A stretch of DNA of 64,000 nucleotides, taken from Promethearchaeota archaeon (GTDB taxonomy: Archaea; Asgardarchaeota; Lokiarchaeia; Sigyniarchaeales; SOKP01). The notes beneath the pieces were generated by a model. That model made no database searches, was not told the origin of the DNA, and saw only the letters and a list, made by a program, of their open reading frames with translations. The stretch spans positions 1 to 64,000 of the forward strand of contig JBHLNF010000008.1 in the NCBI GenBank assembly GCA_048937405.1, given 5' to 3'. Shown here piece after piece: positions 19,556-28,900 of this stretch. The first letter of the stretch is position 1. Each line of letters opens with the position of its first letter. The position numbers were made by a program, and so were the translations under genes.

Positions 19556-20305
19556 TTACCGAGTGTCATTTTTGGAATTAAATTTATAATATTTTGAATT
19601 ATTAATAATCTTTAACACTTCAGATTCAGGTACATCATACCAATTTTTATAGGCATCAGCAACAGCGAACCACATTACATCTCTTATATTTGGACAAAAT
19701 ATCTTATCAACATTAGGTTTAATTCTTTTAACAGTTCCTAAGGGTGCTGTTGGTATTGTAATAAAAATTTTTGATGGTAGATACTTTTTCAACATATTTA
19801 TTGCTGCTAGCATAGTATATCCTGAAGCTAACCCATCATCAAGAAGGAATATATTTTTTTTATGAATTTTCTCCTTGTAAAATCCTTTTAAATCTTGTGC
19901 TTTATTATATAATTTTAGTCTGTCAGAAATTTCTCTTTTTGTCAAATTGATTGAATCTTGAATTTCTTTCTCTGATAAATTAAGTTTAGCTAATAATAGA
20001 TCATTAATCAACACAGTTCCATCTGTGGTTACTGCTCCAAAACCTGCTTCTGTATTATATGGAATCTTAATTTTTCTTACAATTAAAATATCATAATTTA
20101 TATTAAATTTTGAACAAAAACCTTCAGCTACGGGAACTCCACCGTTTGGAATGGCAAAACAAAAAAATTTAGTAGAATTTTTAATAATATCATTTTTTAA
20201 AGAATTTATTTTGCTTGTTAAAAATCCAGCTAATATTTCTCCTGCTTCAATTCTAGATTCATATCTAGTAAATTTCATTATGTTAATAATTAAGATAAAA
20301 ATCAA
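19556..20305 (-). CDS. Phosphoribosyltransferase family protein
   Basis: AIPNGGVPVA, VRKI, EAGFGAV, PRPP-binding LLDDGLASGYT; likely start ATG 20278. Confidence 0.88.
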   Translation of the reverse strand: MIFILIINIMKFTRYESRIEAGEILAGFLTSKINSLKNDIIKNSTKFFCFAIPNGGVPVAEGFCSKFNINYDILIVRKIKIPYNTEAGFGAVTTDGTVLINDLLLAKLNLSEKEIQDSINLTKREISDRLKLYNKAQDLKGFYKEKIHKKNIFLLDDGLASGYTMLAAINMLKKYLPSKIFITIPTAPLGTVKRIKPNVDKIFCPNIRDVMWFAVADAYKNWYDVPESEVLKIINNSKYYKFNSKNDTR

Positions 20306-20473
20306 TTTAAAATCTTTATTGAGGAAAAGCCTAAATTAATGATAGTTAAATAAAATTATTAAACGATTCTAAGATATAGTTTTTAATCAAAAAAAGTTTA
20401 AATATTTATTTAACGTTAAGTATAGTAATATTTTAGATTTTTAAAAAAATCCAAAATTTTTGTTGGGTAAATT

Positions 20474-22186
20474 ATGAGAAAAAAAACAACTATATGCATA
20501 TTCTTACTAAGTACATTATTTATTGTACCATTTGGAAATTTCGCAAAAGCACAACCTACCGATTTTCTGGGAGTAAGTGAAGGAGATGAATATAAATGGA
20601 AAGCAAATATAAATTTTGAGGGAGTAGAAACCTTAATATATAATATGAGAGAGATCATAGTAGATCAACAGAATAAACTCAGTGAACTTGAAATATTTGG
20701 ATGGGAAGATCTCACGATTAATGAAACTATTGCAGAAATATATTCAACTTGTTTTGATTATATATTTCCATCTGGCTGGGAAGCGTATAATTTATCAACA
20801 GTAATTGAAATGACAATTAAAGAATACGTATCAGAACTCAACACATCGATCTTTTCAGGCATGATCCCTTCAAATTGGGAAAATTTAAACATTACAACTT
20901 TATATGATTATTTGGTTGATGGTTTATATGCATCAACGGGTTCTGGTTTTGAAAATGATCCCATTACAGAATTAATCGAATTAATAGCGACTGAATTGAA
21001 CACATCAATTTTATATGGACTCGTTCCAGAGGGATTAGGGGACTTAACTCTTTCTCAGTTTTATCTATCCTTATACGATATGTATATTCCAGGAATGGCA
21101 GAAAGTTACTTTTTAAATTCAATGATAAGTGAATCCTTCCAGATGATAGTTCCTCCTGAAATCCTTGGTTTATCTATTGAAGAGATAATTAATATGCTTC
21201 TTCAACCTTATGGTGTAGTAAATGCAAGTACTCTATTTGAAGAACTTTTCCTTTTTCTAAATTCCTCCATACCCTCTGAGTATCAATCTGAACCTATGTC
21301 AGTTATAATTGATATGCTTAAAGATATGATTGATGATAGTTTAGACGAAGAATATAGATCGCTTTCTTTAGAAGAGCTTATAAATACTAGTTCTAATATG
21401 TACGTAGATTTGCTTCTTCCTCCCGAATTGCAAGATTATACTCTTGTAGAGATCATTTCTTTAGGTCTTGATCAATTATTATTCTATTATGACAATTATG
21501 TTCTATTAGGATGGACTCAATTTAAATCGCAGTTTCTTCAGCCTTCAGGTCTGTTAAATTATGAAATTGGAATAAAATTAACAATAGATAATATAGGAAC
21601 TAGTGAACCCTTATTTCCTGATGGACCATTAGGAGTAGATCTTGATGTTTCTCTTTATTATTCATTAGATTTCGAAAATTGGGTTAATGCTTCAATTTTA
21701 ACCACGATGTTGGATATGATGAATCCATATACATGGGAGGAGACAGAAGAAGAGATGTATGAGACGTCGCAAATGTCCTTACTCTTAATATCCATGTTCC
21801 CATTAAACTCATTATTGGGCTTTCTAACAGGGGAAACAATTATTTTTGATCCAAGTTCATATTCTAATATTGATGCAGCTTTATTGGACCAGATAATGTA
21901 TTCTGGAGGATTAATAATTGCACGTAATTTTGATATGTCAGAAATTCAAACAGAAATAACAATTGAAACATTATCAGACCCAAATTGTGTTGAGGCATCA
22001 ATAGCATGGAATAGCAAAGGTGTGTTAAGTTCTGCTTCGATAGATGGAAGTGGGGATGAAGCACTAACGATAAATTTGATTAAAAGCAAAGAAATTCCGG
22101 GATATGGGATTCCAATTATACTTGGATTAATGACTCTAACTATTATTGGTGTAATTTATCACATTAAAAGAAAGTATAATACTTAA
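20474..22186 (+). CDS. Secreted acidic cell-surface protein with Loki-CTERM-like anchor
   Basis: Signal peptide MRKK plus hydrophobic stretch to AKA; many N-x-S/T sequons; C-terminal EIPGY + TM helix + KRK. Confidence 0.8.
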   Translation: MRKKTTICIFLLSTLFIVPFGNFAKAQPTDFLGVSEGDEYKWKANINFEGVETLIYNMREIIVDQQNKLSELEIFGWEDLTINETIAEIYSTCFDYIFPSGWEAYNLSTVIEMTIKEYVSELNTSIFSGMIPSNWENLNITTLYDYLVDGLYASTGSGFENDPITELIELIATELNTSILYGLVPEGLGDLTLSQFYLSLYDMYIPGMAESYFLNSMISESFQMIVPPEILGLSIEEIINMLLQPYGVVNASTLFEELFLFLNSSIPSEYQSEPMSVIIDMLKDMIDDSLDEEYRSLSLEELINTSSNMYVDLLLPPELQDYTLVEIISLGLDQLLFYYDNYVLLGWTQFKSQFLQPSGLLNYEIGIKLTIDNIGTSEPLFPDGPLGVDLDVSLYYSLDFENWVNASILTTMLDMMNPYTWEETEEEMYETSQMSLLLISMFPLNSLLGFLTGETIIFDPSSYSNIDAALLDQIMYSGGLIIARNFDMSEIQTEITIETLSDPNCVEASIAWNSKGVLSSASIDGSGDEALTINLIKSKEIPGYGIPIILGLMTLTIIGVIYHIKRKYNT

Positions 22187-22248
22187 ATACCCTTTTTTTT
22201 TATAATAAAAAATAAGATAGAATATAAAATATTTTTCAAATAAAGCTT

Positions 22249-22521
22249 ATGGAATTAGCAATAGCATCTATATTCATATTTTTTATTATCCTTATTCTTT
22301 GGGAAATTAAAGCAGATTTTGTTTTAATTATATTTGGTTTTGCTGCTTATATCTTTCTTTTATTTTATGCAGCTTCGGATGATCCTTTAGCAAGATTATT
22401 AGCACTTTTAGATTTTCTTTTATTAAATCCTTTGAGTATTTTTGTTATATTAGGACCTTTAATAATTATAAGATTATATAAATTTCTAAATAAAAATAGA
22501 AAAGATAAACTAAATAACTAA
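22249..22521 (+). CDS. Small membrane protein
   Basis: 90 aa, about 3 hydrophobic helices, basic tail. Confidence 0.55.
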   Translation: MELAIASIFIFFIILILWEIKADFVLIIFGFAAYIFLLFYAASDDPLARLLALLDFLLLNPLSIFVILGPLIIIRLYKFLNKNRKDKLNN

Positions 22522-22559
22522 GTACTCAAAACTAGTATGATTAATGAGATAGATATTTT

Positions 22560-24179
22560 TTATTCAATATTATTTAATTTCCTTAAACCGATATAAAAGA
22601 TTATGATTGCAAATCCAGAAGATAAAAATAAATTAATTAAGAGAATAAATAATAAACCGATAGAATTGTTCCACTGGTTAGGAGCAAATGGTATAATTAT
22701 ATAAAGAGTAATAATAAATGCTATAATCTGCAGAAATATTATCCAATAGCTGATTTTATAAGCATCTTTGCCTTGTTCACCAAATAGAGGGTTATAACAT
22801 TGTATGCCAATTGCTTGTATTTCTATCCCCATACAATAAAATAAAAATAGAAGAAAAAAGATTAAAGATAGCAATATATCTAATTGAAAAGTAAAGGTAA
22901 AAAAAATAGTAAGGATTAAATCTAAAAGAATTAATAAGATTAGAATTTCATAAATATAAGAATATACAAATGCTTTTATTCCTCTTGGAGTGCTTTTAAT
23001 ATGAAATAAAAATTGTTTCGAATCCATAAAAATATGAATTCCAATTAAGATTCCAAATAATAGACCCCCCATCCATGAAATAATTGTTATTATTAAGAAT
23101 TTCGAGTTTATAATATTATATTTTGTTATACTTGGATCTTTGAATGAAAACATTATTATCAACCCCATTATAGAAATCAAAATCCCTATATATATAATTT
23201 TAAATAAGTTTTCTTTTTTTCTAAAAAATTGCTTAAAATGAAGAATAACCAATCCTTTCCAGTGAGGAAAAGTTATTTTTCTAATAAATTTATAAAATTT
23301 TAAATCTTTTTTATAAACAAATGCTTCTTTTTCACCCTTACTTTCTAATGTATAAAATGAATTAGCATTCTTATAAGAAAAGTAAAAAATTGTAAATGGT
23401 ATAAAGATACCTAAAAAAATATTAAGTATAATAAATAGATCATTCGAAAAAATTAAGGATGGGTCAATCACATATAGAATTATATTTGAATACCAAAAAG
23501 ATGGATAAAAAAGCAACCAAATCTCTAATCTTGGATCTTCTTTGATAAAATTAAATAAGAAGCGTAATATATAAAATAAACCTATAATAATCATTGACAA
23601 AAAAAATAAGAATGTTTTACCTAGATCTTTTGCTTTTTCGCTCTTGATCATTCTATGTTCAAAAAAGTTTGCGATAATTGTCCCAACTAGAAAACTAAAT
23701 GCCATTAATAAAAATAAGCTTATATATATTAAGAGATACTGAATAATATTCAAACTTCGAATAAAATACATTAAACCAGTAATCATTGGTCCAATTCCAA
23801 GAATAAATAAAAAATAAAATATTAATTTACCTACGTATTCTCCAAGAAAAATATCTTTAGGATTCACTGGTGATGCCAGTAGAACTTCACTATGACCTAT
23901 TTCAGATTTTCTATAGAGATTGTAAAGTGGATATATCAATATTATCAAAAAAAAAGTTGTTAAGAAATATTGTATGAATTTAGCTGAAATATAATTATAA
24001 TCTTGTGCTAAATCTTCTGCAATGTTGGATAATAAGATAATTAATATATTCGGACCCAAATAAAAAGCCCAATATAAAAATAATCCAAAAGTAATGATTA
24101 AAAATAATTTTCGATTTTTTCGGAATCTATTTGTTTTTATCCGGATTTCATTTTTTACGATCACTAACCAATGTTTCAT
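22560..24179 (-). CDS. Polytopic membrane protein, putative ABC exporter permease
   Basis: About 12-14 TM helices in two halves; LLASPVNPKDIFLG permease-like motif. Confidence 0.7.
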   Translation of the reverse strand: MKHWLVIVKNEIRIKTNRFRKNRKLFLIITFGLFLYWAFYLGPNILIILLSNIAEDLAQDYNYISAKFIQYFLTTFFLIILIYPLYNLYRKSEIGHSEVLLASPVNPKDIFLGEYVGKLIFYFLFILGIGPMITGLMYFIRSLNIIQYLLIYISLFLLMAFSFLVGTIIANFFEHRMIKSEKAKDLGKTFLFFLSMIIIGLFYILRFLFNFIKEDPRLEIWLLFYPSFWYSNIILYVIDPSLIFSNDLFIILNIFLGIFIPFTIFYFSYKNANSFYTLESKGEKEAFVYKKDLKFYKFIRKITFPHWKGLVILHFKQFFRKKENLFKIIYIGILISIMGLIIMFSFKDPSITKYNIINSKFLIITIISWMGGLLFGILIGIHIFMDSKQFLFHIKSTPRGIKAFVYSYIYEILILLILLDLILTIFFTFTFQLDILLSLIFFLLFLFYCMGIEIQAIGIQCYNPLFGEQGKDAYKISYWIIFLQIIAFIITLYIIIPFAPNQWNNSIGLLFILLINLFLSSGFAIIIFYIGLRKLNNIE

Positions 24180-24235
24180 TATTTAAAACTCGTTAATTTT
24201 TGATTTAATCATCATTAACTTAATTAGAATTGAAT

Positions 24236-25627
24236 TTAATTTTGAAGTTTTTTGCTTTTTTTAATCTTCCGAAAATCTATTTTAGAATAGATTGCAATAA
24301 TAATTATTGATAAGGATATCACTATAGCAAGTATTAAAAGTAATATGATGGAAAATATGATATTTTCATTAAATTTAATATGAATAATAATTTCTTTTAT
24401 TATTTCTCCAGAGTTACTTTCGATCTTCACCTTTATTAGGAATTTTCCTTCAGCTTGTATCTCTAAATCTCCTTCCCATAAAGGGTCTCCCTCTTGAACT
24501 CTTATTAATGGTGTCCAATCATTAATCTGAGTTTCATTTTCAAGATTAGTAAGACCCCATTTCACAGAAGTTATTCCCAATGGATCCCAGGCTAAAACTC
24601 TTATTTTATTATTATTTTTTTTGATAACTTCTTCATTTATAGGATTTGTAATTAATGCTTGAGGCCACTTCCCTACATTCTCTACGGATGTTGATAATTT
24701 ATTATTGTCTAAAGAAATTATACGATATGTGCCATTGTTTTCATCAAAATTACTGGTAATTATTGAGAAAATTCCATTTTCTTTTATTTCATAATCAGTA
24801 TGTACATGACCAGATATATAAGAAAAAATATTATATTCTTCATTTAAGTCAAAGAAAGATTTTCCACTTGAACTCAAACTTGATTTAATAAGATATGGAA
24901 AAGGAAAATTAAATGGATGATGACCAAAAACAAAAATTTTATCAAAATCTTTATATTTTTTTAATTCGTTCTCATACCAATCTAATTCTATTGTATTTAA
25001 AAATCCGATAAATGCGAATTCCAATAGATTATATGAGGATTTAGCAGTGTTAAGACCAATAAAGGCATAGTTTCCAAATGAAAATGTTCGATTAAAAGAA
25101 TATTGCAGAGTTTTAAAATTACTACCAATTAATGAATAATTAAAATAATGACTAGCTGTGGCATCTTTAATAATATCATGATTCCCCGCAATATCTATAT
25201 ATATTGAATAATTCATTTTGTTATCTTCTATAGCTTTTTTATACAATTTCCACTCTTCAACATCCTGACGTCGACCATTGTGAGCATCAACCAAATCTCC
25301 TGTATTATATATAAAAAGAGGATTGATTTCTTTGAAAGAAGAATTAAAAAATTCATAAAGCTGTTCTATTTTTTCATTTTCAAACCAAATCATCTGAGTG
25401 TCTGTTATATGGATAAACCAAAATAATCTATGATTATTATTATCTATAATACCTTGGTTTGACAATCTGTTTGTTCTGTAATTTAATTTATTAGGCTTTT
25501 CTATAGGAGAAAATTTATTATAATATGATAATTGATTTTGATAAAATCCTAAGTTAGCTTCAATAATTAAAAAAATAAAGATATATGAAAATAATTTGGT
25601 TTCAGAATCACGCATGTTAATTAACAT
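24236..25627 (-). CDS. Membrane-anchored calcineurin-like metallophosphoesterase, TMEM62-like
   Basis: HITDTQ, TGDLVD, GNHD, FGHHP, SGHVH; N-terminal signal/TM and C-terminal TM helix. Confidence 0.85.
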   Translation of the reverse strand: MLINMRDSETKLFSYIFIFLIIEANLGFYQNQLSYYNKFSPIEKPNKLNYRTNRLSNQGIIDNNNHRLFWFIHITDTQMIWFENEKIEQLYEFFNSSFKEINPLFIYNTGDLVDAHNGRRQDVEEWKLYKKAIEDNKMNYSIYIDIAGNHDIIKDATASHYFNYSLIGSNFKTLQYSFNRTFSFGNYAFIGLNTAKSSYNLLEFAFIGFLNTIELDWYENELKKYKDFDKIFVFGHHPFNFPFPYLIKSSLSSSGKSFFDLNEEYNIFSYISGHVHTDYEIKENGIFSIITSNFDENNGTYRIISLDNNKLSTSVENVGKWPQALITNPINEEVIKKNNNKIRVLAWDPLGITSVKWGLTNLENETQINDWTPLIRVQEGDPLWEGDLEIQAEGKFLIKVKIESNSGEIIKEIIIHIKFNENIIFSIILLLILAIVISLSIIIIAIYSKIDFRKIKKSKKLQN

Positions 25628-25632
25628 ATAAG

Positions 25633-25660
25633 AAAATAAGATTCTTAGTAATCTTATTTT
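25633..25660. promoter_or_regulatory. Perfect 11-bp inverted repeat, candidate operator
   Basis: AAAATAAGATT-N6-AATCTTATTTT just upstream of the ATG at 25627. Confidence 0.4.
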
Positions 25661-26080
25661 AGATTATGATATCAATAAATAATATGTTCTAATATTTCTA
25701 AATTATTGTATCTATTAACATTTAAAAAAAGAATTTTTTTATACAAAAAGGACTGCTCGTAGAAGAATTATTACATTCAAATATGGCATGTTAACTTTTT
25801 TAATATCCTTTCTTATAATATTCTTCTGTAATTATAGATAATATTATTAAAATAAATAAATGAATTTTGGTTTTCAATCAAAATAGTCGTTATTATAGAT
25901 AAAATAAATTAATAAAATCTTATTTTATAAATATAATTTAGGTATACCTAAAATACTTAAATATAATATAAACTATTTTAAATTATACAATAAAATTTTT
26001 AATAACTAACGCTATAAATTATTATAGAAAATGTTTAAAAAAGAGAAGTCAAGTTTAACTGAATCTGATGAGGATGACAT

Positions 26081-26635
26081 ATGGAAATTCAAGAATCTAA
26101 AAGAAAAATTGTTAATGAAACCTTCCCATCAGAGTTTATTTCAATTATTGGCGATCTTCTAGCAGGAATTGTTTTAACTGCTTTAATTCTTCCATTTGAT
26201 AGTTTTCTCGTATTAATATTGATTATACCTGCTCTTTTATCATTAAGAGGTAATCTGAGTGGACCATTTATTGCACGAACATCTCGAGATCTAGTTATTG
26301 GGGCTTTTTCTAAGAGGTCTTGGATTGAAAATGTTTTAGCTACATATACACTTTCAATTATTACAGCGACATTGATTGGATTCTTTTCAATTATCCTAAA
26401 TCTATTCTTTTTCCAAATATATATTCTCTCATTTCCTTATCTATTGATAATTCCAATTGTTTCAATTATAATGACACTATCAATTTCAATTCCATGTTCC
26501 ACAGGATTAAATTATATTGCTTTCAAAAAAGGATTGAATCCTAATAATGTTGTGAATCCAGTAATGACAGCCATAGACGATTTTTTCACAATTTTTTGTT
26601 TTTTTTTAACAATTATTATGTTGGGGGTGCCTTAA
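26081..26635 (+). CDS. MgtE/SLC41-family divalent cation transporter membrane domain, half 1
   Basis: IPALLSLRGN and GLNPNNVVNPVMTAIDD motifs, 5 TM helices. Confidence 0.85.
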   Translation: MEIQESKRKIVNETFPSEFISIIGDLLAGIVLTALILPFDSFLVLILIIPALLSLRGNLSGPFIARTSRDLVIGAFSKRSWIENVLATYTLSIITATLIGFFSIILNLFFFQIYILSFPYLLIIPIVSIIMTLSISIPCSTGLNYIAFKKGLNPNNVVNPVMTAIDDFFTIFCFFLTIIMLGVP

Positions 26636-26677
26636 ATTAAATATTATTTAAAAATAGTTAAGGAATCTATAATCATA

Positions 26678-27187
26678 GTGGTTTTTTCTTCATTAATGGG
26701 TTTATTTTCTGGTATTTTATTATCTTCAAATGAAAAAATATTGTATACAATCCCCATTATGTTATTAATAATTCCTGCTTTGAATTCTTTAATTGGGGAT
26801 ATATCAACAATACTTGTATCAAGATTAACCACGCATCTTTATATTGGTACTTTAGCTCCAAAAATTCAAAAATCTGAAAGATTAAAAGAAGATTTCTATG
26901 GATTACTAATAACAATTCTAATATGCCTAGGCCTTCTAATATTCCTAAGCTTTATTATGGGAATTATGTTAGGTATTGAAATATTAAATCCATTTTTTAT
27001 GATAACCATTATAATCATTACAGTTTTATTACTCTTTTCAATAATGTTCATAAATTTATTTATTGGAGCTATATTCTTATTCAAACGAGGGATAGATCCA
27101 AATAATCTTCTGATTCCCTTTCTTACATCCCTTGCTGATTTTCTGACACCCTTCTTTTTAATCTTATTTATAATAATATTTATATAA
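26678..27187 (+). CDS. MgtE/SLC41-family divalent cation transporter membrane domain, half 2
   Basis: IPALNSLIGD, SRLTTHLYIG, GIDPNNLLIPFLTSLAD; the frame is open back to ATT 26636. Confidence 0.85.
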   Translation: MVFSSLMGLFSGILLSSNEKILYTIPIMLLIIPALNSLIGDISTILVSRLTTHLYIGTLAPKIQKSERLKEDFYGLLITILICLGLLIFLSFIMGIMLGIEILNPFFMITIIIITVLLLFSIMFINLFIGAIFLFKRGIDPNNLLIPFLTSLADFLTPFFLILFIIIFI

Positions 27188-27206
27188 AATATAAATTATA
27201 TCAAAC

Positions 27207-28472
27207 GTGAGTGAACAAAACTATATGACAAAGCAGAGTAAAAAATTTAAATATAAGCCACTTTCTCTTAAGGATATCATTAGAGAAATGAAACAAAATA
27301 TTGATTTAATGATTGATTTGGCTTATAGTGCAATTAAGTTCGGGAGTAAAGAATTTGCTGATGAAACCTATAAGATGGAACAAAGAATACACGAACTAAC
27401 ATTTCTTCTTAATTTCCAAATCATCCAAGCACATCCAAGAGGATTGGATGGCGCTAAAAAACTTGAACCATTAGTGGTTATGGGTTATGCTATTGATAAA
27501 ATTTCAGACGCATTGTCTGATATTGCCAGAGTTGTCTATATTAATAAAGATATCTCTTATTTTATTCAAATTTTCATGGATATTAGTTATGTCCCTGAAC
27601 CCATCGTTAAAATAGTTGTAAATAAAGAATGTGAATTTATTGGTAAAGTAAGAACAGATATACATTTTAGGTCGAAACATGGGGTTGATTTAATCGCTAT
27701 CAGTAGAGGAGGTAAGTGGCTCTTTGAAAAGAATCAAAGAGTATTAAAAGATGATATATTAATCGTTAAAGGAGAAATTCAACCAATTAGTGATTTAAAA
27801 AAAATATGTCATGATTTAGAACCATTTTCATTCGAAATTGGAGAAAAGAAGAAAGAAGAGCTACTTGATCTTAAAAATCCTGATGTATGTGAAAAGATAG
27901 AAGAAATCCAGAGAAATTATGTTTTATTAACAGATATTTCAGAAACTATGATTGAATTAGCTTTAGCAGCCATATTCTTTAAAAATGCTGAAGTTGCAGA
28001 AGATGTTTTAGAAATGGAAGAATTAATGGATGGATTAAATATCGCCCTTGAAAAAGATCTTTTAGATTTAGCGCGGATAGTAGAAACTCCTCGAGATCTT
28101 ACAGGAATAATGAGAATTATTTTTAGTTGTGAGTTAATAGCTGATGCAGCAGCTCACATTGCAGAGAATATTATTAAAGGGTTTGAACCACACACAATTT
28201 TACAACAAGCTATTCGTGAGACTTCTGAAATAGTAGTAAGAGAAACATTATCAGAAGATTCATACTTTAAGGATAAAACTTATGATGAATTACAAGATAA
28301 ACGATATAAACGGGGATTCCATATAATTGCTTTAAAAAGGGATAATAAATGGATCTATAGTTTTAAACCAGATTTTGTATTCGAAGAAGGTGATCTACTT
28401 ATTGGACTAGGACCATTAGAAACTGTTATGCAATGGCGAAGATGTGTTAACCCTGAAAAATATAAAGAATAA
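27207..28472 (+). CDS. Tandem (PhoU + TrkA-C/RCK-C) x2 regulatory protein
   Basis: MIDLAYSA...DKISDA and MIELALAA...ELIADAA PhoU helices, each followed by an IAI/L-x-R...DxLIxxG RCK-C domain. Confidence 0.85.
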   Translation: MSEQNYMTKQSKKFKYKPLSLKDIIREMKQNIDLMIDLAYSAIKFGSKEFADETYKMEQRIHELTFLLNFQIIQAHPRGLDGAKKLEPLVVMGYAIDKISDALSDIARVVYINKDISYFIQIFMDISYVPEPIVKIVVNKECEFIGKVRTDIHFRSKHGVDLIAISRGGKWLFEKNQRVLKDDILIVKGEIQPISDLKKICHDLEPFSFEIGEKKKEELLDLKNPDVCEKIEEIQRNYVLLTDISETMIELALAAIFFKNAEVAEDVLEMEELMDGLNIALEKDLLDLARIVETPRDLTGIMRIIFSCELIADAAAHIAENIIKGFEPHTILQQAIRETSEIVVRETLSEDSYFKDKTYDELQDKRYKRGFHIIALKRDNKWIYSFKPDFVFEEGDLLIGLGPLETVMQWRRCVNPEKYKE

Positions 28473-28877
28473 ATGATATTTATGCATGAATTTATTGAAG
28501 TAAAATTCATTTCTAATAAAAAGGGAAGAGGTGCATTTGCCAAGAAGGCAATTAAGAAAGATACTATCGTTGATGTTGCTTATGTAGTTCCTATTCCAAA
28601 TAAAGAATATAAGAAAATATATAAAACAATTTTATATGATTACTGTTATATTTGGGAAGATCCAGAACATATGCCAGCTTTTAGAAATGCCATAACTCTT
28701 AGTATTAGTCAATTTATTAATCATTCATTTGATCCCAATCTAAAATATCTATATGATTATGAAAATAAAGCTATAGAATTTTCAGCAATTAGGGATATTT
28801 CTGAAGGAGAAGAATTGACTGTAAATTATAATGGGCTAGTGGATTCAAAAGATCCAGTATGGTTTGATGTCGAATGA
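28473..28877 (+). CDS. SET-domain protein-lysine methyltransferase, copy 1
   Basis: KGRGAFA, INHSFDPN, DISEGEELTVNY. Confidence 0.92.
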   Translation: MIFMHEFIEVKFISNKKGRGAFAKKAIKKDTIVDVAYVVPIPNKEYKKIYKTILYDYCYIWEDPEHMPAFRNAITLSISQFINHSFDPNLKYLYDYENKAIEFSAIRDISEGEELTVNYNGLVDSKDPVWFDVE

Positions 28878-28900
28878 GTATTACTTGAGTCATTAAACTC

